Below are positions 52,866-63,888 of a DNA stretch of 64,000 nucleotides, in pieces. Position 1 is the first letter of the stretch; every line of letters begins with the position of its first letter. The notes under the pieces were generated by a model. That model was not told the DNA's origin. It searched no databases and saw only the letters and a program-made list of their open reading frames with translations. The DNA lies in NCBI GenBank assembly GCA_964036045.1, contig OZ038378.1, positions 54,560,001-54,624,000 of the forward strand. The letters run 5' to 3'. The position numbers and the translations under genes were made by a program. The stretch comes from Eutreptiella sp. 'Long Island Sound 2002'. Its lineage: Eukaryota; Protista; Euglenida.

Positions 52866-54000
52866 TTATTGGGACTGTGACTGGCTCGTACTGCCCTTCG
52901 CTGCCATGTACTGATATAGTTCCCGCCATTGTGCTGTCATCTCCTTCTGTGCAACAAGTTGCGTTTTCAGGGTCTCCGCCAGGCTCTGTCCTTGGGCCAG
53001 CCGGCCTTCGAGCTCCACCCGGAGACCCTTGTCGTGGTTGACTTGCACCATGAGCTCTGAGACCTGCACCTCGGCCTCCGCGGCTTTCTTCTTGGCCTGC
53101 TCGAGCGCTTCCTTCAAAGGGCCTACGACCTCCTACTGCTTGTCATGATGCTTCCGGTGCTCCTCGAGAAGTTCCTCCTTGAGGGCAGTGTGGTGCTCCT
53201 TCTTGAGTGCACGGACCTCCGTGGCATGCGCCTCCCTAAGCACCTTGATCTCCGTGGACGCAACCCCCTTTGTGGGGCGTGGTGATTGCTCCTCCCTTGC
53301 ATCGCACCTTGTCGACAACACCAACACCTCCAACAGGCTCCTGGTGGTTTTCCGCTTTTTTTGTGAGGTGTACATCAGAGTCCGAATCCCCTGTGTCTTG
53401 GGCCTCCTACTTCTCCGATTTGACTTGCACCACCTCGCGTTCCCGTGACTGGAACTCATTCTCCAACGACGTGCGCACGTGGTCCGCGACTGGGTCTCCC
53501 CCAAAGGTCGTAAACTTCGACAAGCTGGTCCAACTGCTGAGGTTCCATATGTAGTTCAAAGGGGCCTGCACGAGGAATCGCTCCTTGATCTGCATCTTAC
53601 CCCCTCTGCGAGGCTGAGTTGTGCACCGCACCACTGCTTCGAGCGTGGCGGTTCCGTGCCAGGCAGAGCTATTGACGTCAATGGGCAACTTCACGTCGCG
53701 CGGCTTGAGATGGCCCTCGCTGTCGCAGAAGGTTAAGACGGCGCTCTTGTAGTACACGGTCGCCCCCTTCGACTCCGACACGGCATCCGACGGTGTCCGG
53801 ACCACTGCACTGCCACACGGTACCGGGTCCGTGGTCTCCTCGCCCGACATGAGCGGGACTTCCCGCAAGAGGGCGGCTTGCGGCGCCCCATCCTTCTGCC
53901 CCACATGCTTTTGCCCCGTGTCCTTAAAACCCTCATCCTTGTTGCTGACGAACGGAACGAAACGGCGAACTCTGCGGGCGACAACGGTTGTCACGTCCAT
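52866..54000 (-). pseudogene. Element A gene 2: unknown N-terminus plus C-terminal coiled coil
   Basis: Frameshifted ORFs 53407-54180, 53133-53504 and 52866-53117 with heptad-like E/K/L/A-rich sequence. Confidence 0.6.
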
Positions 54001-54299
54001 GGCCGGAAGAACACCCGCTGAGGCCTGAAGTGAAAGAGCACGTAAGGACAAGGGGGCGCAACAGGGACTGCGACAAGCAACTGTCGGACGACGGGCACTT
54101 GGGACAGGGCAGCAGAAGGGGTGGCTGTCGTGGGAAAGGGCATGAAGACCGGGTACAAGAAAGGGTCTGCCTTCGGACAAGGGGGCTGTCAGTAGGGCTG
54201 TCGTGGTGGGCTATCGCGGGACACGGGGCTGTCGTGATGCTTGTCGTAGGCGGCTGTCGCAACACACGGATGGCAATCGAAATTAGCAAACGCGCGTTG

Positions 54300-56392
54300 T
54301 GCGCAGCGTGGGAGTTTTCTAGGTAGTGCACCTGCTGGCAGGCACCCGTCCACTGCACTGCATCCTCCGTGTAGCTCTCGTTGCTACCAGACTGGGCCTT
54401 GTTCCCCTTCTTTGGTGTTGCAACCTTGGAAACCCTTGAGAATTGTTTGTCCCGTGAGGTGATCCAGCCGTAGTACCGCGCCATACGATAATCCAAGAAA
54501 GGCGTTTGCGGGTGAACAAGTGTGCACAACAAGAGGCGAGCGCGTGTGGCTGGGAACTACGGATCAGGAGGACACCGAACAACAAAGCCCCCGAACTGTA
54601 CGTTGCGAAGAATGATACTCACACCCACGGGAACGTGAACCATGGCGAGGACGGTGTCGAAACCCGTGGCAGTGATGGAGTTGCCATGGCAAAACTGACG
54701 CAATGCACAATGCTGAGAACTGGGTGTAGTGTCCCCCGTGCTCCTCACTTCCATGACTGCCCGAGGCATGTCAACCAACGTGAGGCACAAGTGGGTATTC
54801 TCGTCGCACAACATGAAGAAGCTTGCCGTACCGGGTAGACTCGGGGTGTCCGTGACCCTCTTGGCCTTGAATTCTAAGAGCCAACCTGGGTTGGTGCGGC
54901 ACACCCCACAACAACCAGCAGCCTGGGAGCAGCTCCGGCATACCAGCTCTTCTTGACACAACGTGCAAGGGGACCGTTTGCCGGCGCTTTGCTTCTTGTT
55001 GCATCATGTGCATGGTCCGATTTGACCAAGATCCTCACGCGGAGGGGGCATGGTGCAATCAAGGGGCGACAAAACTGGATATCCGGCACAGTGGGTCACA
55101 TGATGTGTCCCAAAGCCGATAACAATGAGGACCAACGGCTCGTACATACCGCTGCGCTTCCCAGGAAGGCGAACAATGCAGTCCGATGGGCAAATCAACA
55201 ACTCGCCAGCCACGGTGGGGAATGGCAACCTGTTCCATGGCTGCGGCAAACCCCCAGAACCGAACGGGACGGAGTACACGTTCGTTGTACTATCCGCCGC
55301 CTATGACCCAACAACCAGAGTGTAGGACGTGAGGAAGATCCCGTCGTCAGGAACCAGGCGTCTTTGAACTTCACGATGAACCGGCCCCTGTGATTCATTG
55401 AGAAGGCGTACAAAGTTGACGAACAAAAGGTGGAGCTGCTTTTGGGCACCCGCAAAGGACGTTGGCACCATGTCAAGTTACTTCATGGCAAACCCACGAA
55501 CTTGTGGTAAAGGAGCCGTGTAAGCATGAAAAAGACTTGTCACTTCCTCTGCCGAAAAACGAGACACGTCCTCAAGGTACAGATCTTGATGAGGGGGCTT
55601 CACTGCGACGGTCTCCCATTGAAACTTGTTGCGGGCCGCCCTGGCCTCTTGTCCTACCTCGTGGATGATGTTGATTGATTCTTGAGCGAGAACGTATGAC
55701 TAGCGTCGATCGTTGTCCTCCCCATGTGCCTCCAGCGGTGTGGTACAGTCTGCCCCCTTGACGGGGTCGTCGGAAACGCCAATCAGGAGTGGTGGTGGTA
55801 GGGAGGGGATGGTGATGGGGTCGTTGTTGTGCGTCACCCATGGCCTAGCGGACGTTGTTCCTGGCCCATGTTCACTCCATTGGTGAGGGGAGTCGCTGCA
55901 GAGGGAGTACACGGGGCTTGACATACTTGGATCCTTCTCCATGGACAGGCAGAGGCAGTGCTGCAAAGGTCCTTGCCATGATGTGTTTTTCCGGGAGGCC
56001 CCTTGGGGGACATCTGCTCGGAGGTCCAGACACCAATCGTCATCCAAGTTCTCAAGGTACACCATCTCCTTGCGGCCATCCGCATCCACGGTAGCTGGGG
56101 CATACTCAAATAGGTGCACCAAGCCTTTGCCACTAGGCCGTACCACCACCAGCTGCAGAACTAGGTTCCCTTTGAGAATGTCGTGGAGGATGTTGCTGAA
56201 GCACCCGGGGGATCGCTTGGCGGTGAACGCGGGCAGCATCTGGACATCCGCCATTGCACCATCACATTGCACCTGCATACTCTCCCTTGCGAGGATGTAA
56301 TGCGTGGGCATTTTGGTGGCAGGAACCTCTGCTGCCCCCGTCTTGGCCCCAAGACTGCCAATCCACCCCTTGGCAAGGTTGTCCACTTTTGG
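54300..56392 (-). pseudogene. Element A gene 1: degenerate 2OG-dioxygenase-like domain plus Cys-rich region
   Basis: GPVHREVQ..VPFGSGGLPQPWNRLPFPTVAGELLIC aligns with B YHCDM..LPYGCEGLPRP(W)DPIPISLRRGELVV; followed by PCT*C..PCTLC..VCRSC..CCGVC. Confidence 0.6.
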
Positions 56393-57094
56393 CATTGCAA
56401 AGAGGACACAGGTGCTGATACAAGACAGGTAGCGCAGACAGGTTTCAAGACAGGGGGCTGTCTGTGGACACGGGGTGAAGACAGGCTTTAAGACAGACAG
56501 CTGTCGTAAGACAGGTGGCACAAGACAGGGGGCCTGTCGTCGACAGACCCCCTGTCTTGTGCAAAGACAGGGGCTGCCATTAAAAAAAAAATTGGCCAAA
56601 ACGCAAGCACACAACGCAACCACTTGTATATTCGGGCTAACTTCACCTTCTTGACCGCACAAAAACCGCAAGAACATGCACACGTGCGGGGTTTGGACTG
56701 CCAAAAATGTGCTATGGCAAGGGGGGGGGGCTGTCGGCCTCATCCTGTCTGGCGGCACCACACACCCTTGATGGGTCGTCCGTGTAGGGGCAACCTGCAC
56801 GTGCTGCGGGTAAAATTACGGCCACCCTTGACGGGTCGTCCGTGTAGGGGCAGCCTACACGAGCTGCGGGTAAAATTACGGGCACCCTTGACGGGTCGTC
56901 CGAGGCAAACACCGGGTCAAAACACCGTGGAATCTTACGCTGTATTTTACGGTGCGTTTCTCACAGGGTCCCAACCCCCGCCCCCCAACGGGGAAAAAGG
57001 CGACACATGATTTTGTCGTAGGCCGGGCGCTACGGTGACATGTGTTCGCACTGCGGGAAGGGGGGGGGGTGGAGACTTCATGCACGTTATACTG

Positions 57095-58117
57095 CTAATT
57101 CCTTCGCCGACCCTTGGACGTTGGTGAGGAGATCACGTTCTGCGTCTCACGGGGGCTGTCCAGGCCCATGCCTTGCCTGCCCCGCATGGGACTATTACCA
57201 CCAAGATGGTCCACCAGTTGCCACAACCGGGTCGCGTCTGCCAGCCCGCTCTTGCACCTGCACTGCATTGTCACATTACGATCGCACCCGTGAGTTTTTC
57301 TCCGTGAGATCCACCACATTCGTCCGAAGGCCCGCTGTGTCTGTGTTTGCCTGATCCGCTGCTTGTTGCAAAAAGTCCACGCTGCACTGCAAATAGTAAA
57401 CCAATTGGTGGAGAGTGTCCTTCTCCTTGCCAAAGACGTGCAATCTCGGTCTCTTGGGACCGTGGCTTGGTTTTTACACCCTTGTTGGACAACCGCCCTT
57501 GCGGCAAGTGACACCGGTGCGTAGAGGTCATCAACAATGCGCTGGTCAAGGGTCCCAGCGACCTGGCCCACCTTGTGATCATGCTTTAGCTTGCTCCCTT
57601 TGCATGGTGCCAGCATTGCGAAGGCCGGTTCGTCGTTCCCTTCATCGTCCACCGCCACATACGTGCAGACGCCCAAACTCGCCAATTCTTGCTTGTGCTT
57701 ACACTCCAACTCCTTGTGATGTGCACGTCGCAATGCCGGCGTGGACACCTCTGGACACCCCACAGAAGACAAGGAGCTAATCATCTTTGCAGCCTGGCGG
57801 ACCTGCCGCCCATCCCCCCGGCAAATGTGTCCGTACTTGCCAGACTTGCCATAAGCAAACGTTGTGAAGAGCCAAGTACCAAACCCCGGGGCATCGGTGT
57901 TCTCGTATACCACATGCAGCACACAGTTGAGCTTCATGAGGTATGTGAGGTATGTGTGAGCCATTTGATACGCAATGTGCACTGCTTGTACCACTTCGTG
58001 GTTCCCTTGTCGCATAATGCACTCTGACACAGCCCGGATCCTCACCGATGCCTTCGGCAGTATCACCCAACACACATGGGGGCCTGGTCCAACCCGTGTG
58101 ATGTGCATCTGGGGCAC
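57095..58117 (-). pseudogene. Element B gene 2: unknown N-terminus plus coiled coil
   Basis: 340-aa ORF with a frameshift; paralogous to 13500-14200. Confidence 0.65.
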
Positions 58118-58479
58118 TTCCTCCCCTTCTGGTCAATCCTGCGCTGCTGGCCCATCGCCCATGGCTGATTGCTGATCCACCACCAGTGTCGGCTAGACCT
58201 CAACGCTGACCTACAGGGGCAAACTGGCGTGACAAGGAATGCAGGGGGTTCTGGGATGAGATCAGGAACCCCATCAAGAACCCAAACTGAGAACCCCTTC
58301 CTGAGGAGGAACCGTGCTGAGAACCACATTTCAGAAACCCGTTGCTGATGACGAACTCCTTCGCAAACGCACTTCTCAGCCGACGGTATGAACAGGAAGC
58401 CCTTCGCAAAGCACCTTCCGGGCGAACTTCCTGATCGCATGCAAGACCGATGTTCACCACTAAAACCCTCCTGCATATC

Positions 58480-60500
58480 ATGTCACGCATAGGGCGCTAC
58501 ATTCAAAACCCGCCTGCATGTGCACCAGTAGGCTCCATCCTTCAATGTCTCTGTCAGCCCGCTGCATGTCAGCCCCATGCGGGGGTTCAGCATTGGCTGT
58601 AGTGGACGACCGATGTCCTAGCGCACGATGGAGGCCTGCTCGTCGTCTGGGCCCATGCCGAAGCCACCAAACTGGCACCGCACTGCCATAATGTACCCAG
58701 GAGGAACCGTGCTCACCGTGATGTTCTGGTTCCTGGGCGAATCCTATGTCTTGGCGTCGTGTGCCTATGACCCGAGCGGGCACTTATCCCACCTGACATT
58801 ACAATGATCATCCGGTCGAAAAGGGTTGGGAGGGGGTGCTGGCGGGGGTACAAGGCAAGGTGCGGTGTGGAGTTTAGGGCCAGAAGCAGACATGTGACGC
58901 CGACTAGAAACCCCACCACCTAAGGTGCACTAGCCGCCCCACTCGCCTTACTACCCCTCGTGAGTGGCACATAGCCTTGGCACTCCACAACTTAAGCAAT
59001 CCTTCGTGGCTTTCTTCCGACAACCCAAGATGATACACCACTCCGGCCCATCAATGTCATGGCATTCCTCCTAACCCCAAGACGGAACGCGAACTCCGAC
59101 TGTGTACGAGTACGTGACGGGAATAGTGGCAATGCCCAAGAAAAGCACTCGTCTCCACCATGAATTTGGCTCGGAAAGAGGCGTACACCCGCCCGCATGG
59201 ACTAGGTAGCTGTACAAGACGACCAACTCACCGCGTCGTAGCGAAATGGGAATAGGGTCCTATGGCCGGGGCAACCCCTCACAGCCATATGGCAACAAGA
59301 CGGTCTCGGTGCCATGAACGGAATACAAGTCCTCGTCCAAGGCCACAAAGACGGACACAACCCTCTTCCCATCACGAACCTTCAACATGTCGCAATGGTA
59401 GGACGACAGTTGACGCCCCTTCGCATATAGTGTGGCTGCTTGGTACGCCTTGTGGTCCCCACTCCACGTGTTGTTGAACAAGCCGAGAACGAAGTTTGTG
59501 AATGACATTCGGGCCTCACATTCATGGCATCCAACACCGGAGCCTTCTACGTCAACATGAGGAAGTTGTAGGGCAAACATGGTTCTATTGCTCGAGTCCG
59601 GGCGGCGGTGAATCGCGGGAAACTCATTTAATACGGGATCCCAAGTGTCGCATGGTCGAGTTTCAAGGGCTTCCACAACCTTATCACGAATTTCCATGGG
59701 CACCACACCTTTCCACAACAAGTCTGCCGTCCCATCAAATTTGCTTGGGTCTTCGTTGGGGGTGAACTCCGAGCGCAATACAACAACTCTGGGTGCGTCT
59801 CCCACACCAACCCATGCCAACCGGCATTGCCTGGGTAGTGCCACAATTTCCCCTGCCATATGGGATGGGGTCGCAATGCCCTCCACCGGATCTGCAAAGG
59901 CAAGTCCGGAATTGGTTGCCAAACTCCGAACCGGAAAGGTGTCTCTCTAGGAGGCCGGCAATATACCCTCCTTGTGACCAAATGGGGCACTTACAAAGCC
60001 GGGACGTGTCAACTTCGAGGGGCTCGGCTTGGTGCTTGCGAAAACCACACAATCGTCCGCATCCTCTGCAATCCAATTAAGCACGACCGTTGGGTTCCCT
60101 TCCCTTGGCCTTGTTCTTCGACTTTGGAATGTGCGGCAACATCCCCGCAACAAGGATCGTAACGTCCGCACTACTGAGGTGGATCAAAACGGCCCGAAGT
60201 GTAGGCTTGACCATGAAGGTGGTGTGAACCAAGTCACTAACGAGCCCAGGCCCCATCTCTCCAAGACCACTCCGCGCCGCCTCGATAAAACCTGACGTAG
60301 TCCCTAGATTGAACTTGGCCCTTGCGGCTAGCCCGGTGATACGGACGGTCTCCTCCTCCACTTCCGTCGGGGCGGCGGCGATAAGAAGGGTGCCCGAGCG
60401 ATCATAGGCTTCACACAACCAACGACCAATGACGGGGGGGGCACGGGCATGGGGGTAACTAATGGACCAAATGTGCAAAGGAGACGAAAGTGGAAAAGTG
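58480..60500 (-). pseudogene. Element B gene 1: 2OG-Fe(II) dioxygenase-like domain (HxD...H...R) plus Cys-rich region
   Basis: YHCD at 59389-59397; VVSVFVALDED; GELVVLYSYLVHAGG (His at 59197); WWRRVLFLGI; then CLSCGVPRLC. Confidence 0.75.
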
Positions 60501-61962
60501 ATGGACGCACGCACCAAATCAGAAACCCCCCGAGAAGGCATTTTGGGAACCCTTTTCGCATTAGGAAGGTAAGCGGAGAAGTCCGGAGAAGGAGTTCGAG
60601 AAGGGGTTCTTGGGTTTTCAGAAAACCACGCCTATATTGTTGTACCCTAAACCCAGGGACAGCCCCCCTTAGTTTTAATCCCCCGAACGCGTCAAGTTGG
60701 CCCGCTATACCTCGAGGGAGAGGGTCCCCGAGAGGCGAATTTCGGGTGAGGGGTTCCCGGTACCAGCTTCCCAGTTGCACCACACGAGAGGGCGGCCCTA
60801 GTGGTGGCGGTCCCGAAGGCCAACCGGGCTAGGGCTCGCAGCAAGTTGTGGGGGCGGCGCAAGTGTGGTGCGGGCTGCGACTCCTGTTTCTTGTCATTGA
60901 CGGTACGTTGGAAGGCAAAATCTTGCGACCCCCCTAAGGCTATTTGGCCACTATCCCTGGGACGGCTGGGCATGGATCTCAAAAAGTCCTCTGCAGGCTT
61001 CGGCATCTCCTATACAAAGGACGAGGGCCAACTATATAGAGGAAGGGGGACGGGCCCTCGTGGGTTTGCGCCCCGAAGCGGATGGTGTCCTGGACCACAT
61101 CGAGGGAAACTCGGACAAGCAGTACACCTACGAGTGGACCAAGGCAACCCGCGAGCCGTATACAGGGTGCTTGTTCAAGACGCACTACTTGGAAAGCAGC
61201 AACACAGCTGCACAGTGGTTCCGCGCCGGCGAGCTGCTGGTGAAACCAGATGGGTCGCACAGCCTAAGGGTCAGGACAGGGGCGGAGAGGGTCGCGGGAA
61301 ACCTCACCACTCCCCGTCCTTGCCTCCTCCCGGCCAGCCCGCGAGACGGAGGGCAACTACACGCCCAGTCAGGGGTAACAATCTACCTGACCCGAGGAGG
61401 AACCCATCCGGGGCGGTCACCGGCATACGCCTCTATACACGGTTGACACGAGGGAACACCGATACGACAATCGGAGACATTCGGACCGCCGTACCCCCAC
61501 CCGGGGGGAGCCCGGACGACGGTGGTTGCCCCGTGAGGACACGTGGGATCAGACCGCAAACCTCACGGTGCACAAGGGGGATATGGGGAGTGGGGGGCCT
61601 TTCGTCGCCTCGAGGCGTACCCCCCAACGTACGCACTCCCACCGCCGTCGGCGTACTCGAGTCCGGCGGTGGATCCTCGGTACCCGAGGAACAACGAGGC
61701 GGGATCTGGCGGGGCCTCTATCCCCTCTATGCGCCAGCCCCGAAGCTGCCGTTCGAGCGGCTGCCCTACGCGGCCAGCCCTCCGAATGTGGAGACACGAA
61801 CTTCACTGGGCTATGCAGGGGTCTGGTACAGGGAGGCAACTACAATGATGAGGAGGGCACGGGCGCCACACTGGCAGCTGCGGGATGCGGGGGGGCGGTG
61901 AGGGCGTGGAGCGAGCAAGAGTGGGTGCACATGTGGCACACTAAGGGGGCTGTTATCCGCTG

Positions 61963-63888
61963 CTATCTGACCGGCTCGGCACTGAGAGCATCAAGCCGGG
62001 CGAACACCTTTGGTAGGTGGGTCCACTGCGCGCGGGCTTGGAGGGTGTACACTACGCGGCGGAGTGCAAGGGGGGGGGCAGCTGAGTGGGTAGGCGCTGA
62101 AGGTTCGCCAGTCATTGCCGGCGCGAGGTGTCCCATGGCATGCCGCGGGACGTCTCGGCCACGCGTCAGTCCCGCGCAGGCCGAGGCCTCCAGTGTGGGG
62201 AGTTGGGGCGGCGCTGGTAAGGATGCGGGCTGAGTTGAGGGGGCACCCGACGCTGGTGCCGCGGCGCTCGGGGTGGTGTCTTGCTCCCCGCGCGACTTTT
62301 TGTTCGCCTTCGATGCCGGTTGGCGAAAATGTCGCTTGTTTGTGGATTTCTCAGGGGGGTGGGGTTGTCGTTGCGATGGCGGTGTGGTCAAGGCCTTCTG
62401 GGTGGCCACGGCGAAGGGCTCGTTGGTGGTCGCAGATTGCCAAACCACCGTGACGCTCTTCTCGGGCGCCACCACGCACTCGCGGTGAAGCACCGATTCG
62501 CCCATGAAGATTTCCGCACACTTGGCCTCCGGTACCGCTGCGAACTCCAATCCTCGGCGGTGGTCCACGGCCGTGATGAAGATGGGCATGCCGAGTGCAT
62601 GGGAGAGGACTAACGACAACTGAGTCGCGTCTACGCGGCCCCGCGAGATGCGCACCGCCCGCGTGGCGGGGCTACGGCTGAAGGGCTGGAGCCCCGTGGA
62701 GGCCGGTGTGGCCACCCTGGTATCTGACGGGGACGGGCCGACGTGAGAGTGAGGGTAAGCGGGCAGGTGGTTGGTCGGCTGCAAGGGTCCGGCCAAGAAC
62801 CACTCCACTACTGCGCGGTCGCAATTGCCAAGTCTCGACGCAGAGGAACCGCTTGAGTACCGCCAGTGCTTGACGCTGCTCGCCTGATGACACCAAGTGT
62901 TGCTCCAATCCATGCCATAGGACTTGGCGTACACCACGGAGGTCTCGTACGGGCGCGAAGGAGTTGGTAAAGGTCACCGGTAGGTCCTTGTCTTTGAAGA
63001 AACCTATGGCTACCGCTCGCCACTCTGTGACACCATCCCGCTCGGCCGGAACTAGTAGCTGCTGGATATCCTTCAGCGTCTGCTGGTTGGCATCTAAGGC
63101 CCTCAACCTGGACCCAAAACAGCTCGCCACTGTGTGGGGGAATTCGGTAAGCTTCTGGCGCATGGCGGGGCGGTTAAAAGTGGGGCATGCAGCCCACGCG
63201 GACGTGGCAACCGGAGCCAGTGCGGTACCAGACACCGCGGACTATAGGGCCTAGAGCGGGTACCCGGGTCACCCCATGCGCATGGGAGCACAGCATGAGT
63301 CATGCATGGTCCACGGGCGCCTCCATTTGGTGCCCCCACCCCCTCAGCCTGGTGATCGGCATCACCCCGCGCCGAACCAATTGTCCCTCAGCCACCCACT
63401 ACCCCCCGAGAACCGCCGTCTGGAGTTTCCAATCCCCCCCCCCCTTGGCAACTGGTAGGTCTACAACCCCACAAGCTGCTCCCAATCCTTCACCTGCCCC
63501 CCACTTCCATATTGACAGCGCCGGGGAACGAATTGCTGAAGGCAGGGGTGCGCGCCCCCGCCTGCGTCTCCACATCCACCAGGCAGGTCGCCGCCACGAA
63601 TTCAATCCTAGCCCGGTTCCGGCCCGGAAGCTCGAGCCTCAAGGTGAACCGGGGCTTGACGCGCAGCATGCGCAGCACTGTGATGGGGGGGGCGGGCGTC
63701 GGGTAGGTAACCGATGGCCCTGGTCTGGGCGTTGGGCTGCGCACTGACCGCCATGTTCGAAGGTGATGAAGCAGTTTGGGCAGCCTGGGAGGCGGAGACA
63801 TCCGGAGCGGTGCAGAGGAGAATGTCCTCTGGGGGAGGAGGAAAGTGGACACGACCCTCTGCCGCACTGGGCCCCAGGGCAGGGCCAC
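61963..63888 (-). pseudogene. Unidentified degenerate minus-strand coding region, possibly a retroelement ORF1
   Basis: Overlapping frameshifted ORFs of 132, 187 and 324 aa; no diagnostic motif recognised. Confidence 0.3.

Larger units (their letters stand above)
47715..56762 (-). mobile_element. Element A: three-gene TIR transposon (about 6.8 kb without the nested hAT); 42-bp TIRs; 2-bp TSD (CA)
   Basis: TGAGGTGCAGAAAGACAGGATGAGGCCGACAACCCC.. vs TGTGGTGCCGCCAGACAGGATGAGGCCGACAGCCCC.. (36/42). Removal restores ATTACGGGCACCCTTG, as in the neighbouring intact 60-bp units. Confidence 0.92.
46610..57085. mobile_element. Element C: non-coding insert with degenerate long inverted ends and 60-bp hairpin repeats; hosts element A; boundaries approximate
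   Basis: CACATGTAACCGTGGTGCTCGTCCTACG (46671) is inverted relative to CGTAGGCCGGGCGCTACGGTGACATGTG (57017); unit GTGTAGGGGCAGCCTACACGAGCTGCGGGTAAAATTACGGGCACCCTTGACGGGTCGTCC at 46800-46910, 47680-47714 and 56763-56900. Confidence 0.5.
43959..60784 (-). mobile_element. Element B: three-gene TIR transposon (about 6.3 kb without nested inserts)
   Basis: Ends TTTGGTAAAACCGAGAGAGGGGTACCAGGAACCCC vs TGTGGTGCAACTGGGAAGCTGGTACCGGGAACCCC (25/35, weaker similarity continues ~100 bp); flanks AG / CG; excision with a 2-bp TSD restores the host reading frame. Confidence 0.8.

Noticed and set aside
47715-56762. True RAG1-RAG2 (ProtoRAG) transposon with RSS-like ends
   Set aside because: Ends read 5'-TG, not 5'-CAC; the TSD is 2 bp rather than 5 bp; no kelch/PHD RAG2-like ORF was recognised and all genes are co-oriented.
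5733-60500. In-frame stops repeatedly fall at Trp or Gln positions, suggesting stop-codon reassignment as in Blastocrithidia, or RIP-like CpA mutation
   Set aside because: The same genes also carry frameshifts and deletions. Single transitions can only create stops from TGG, CAA, CAG or CGA, so the pattern is expected from ordinary decay.
43959-60784. Endogenous virus or Polinton-like element
   Set aside because: No capsid, packaging ATPase, polB or retroviral-type integrase motifs; the length is explained by nested insertions.
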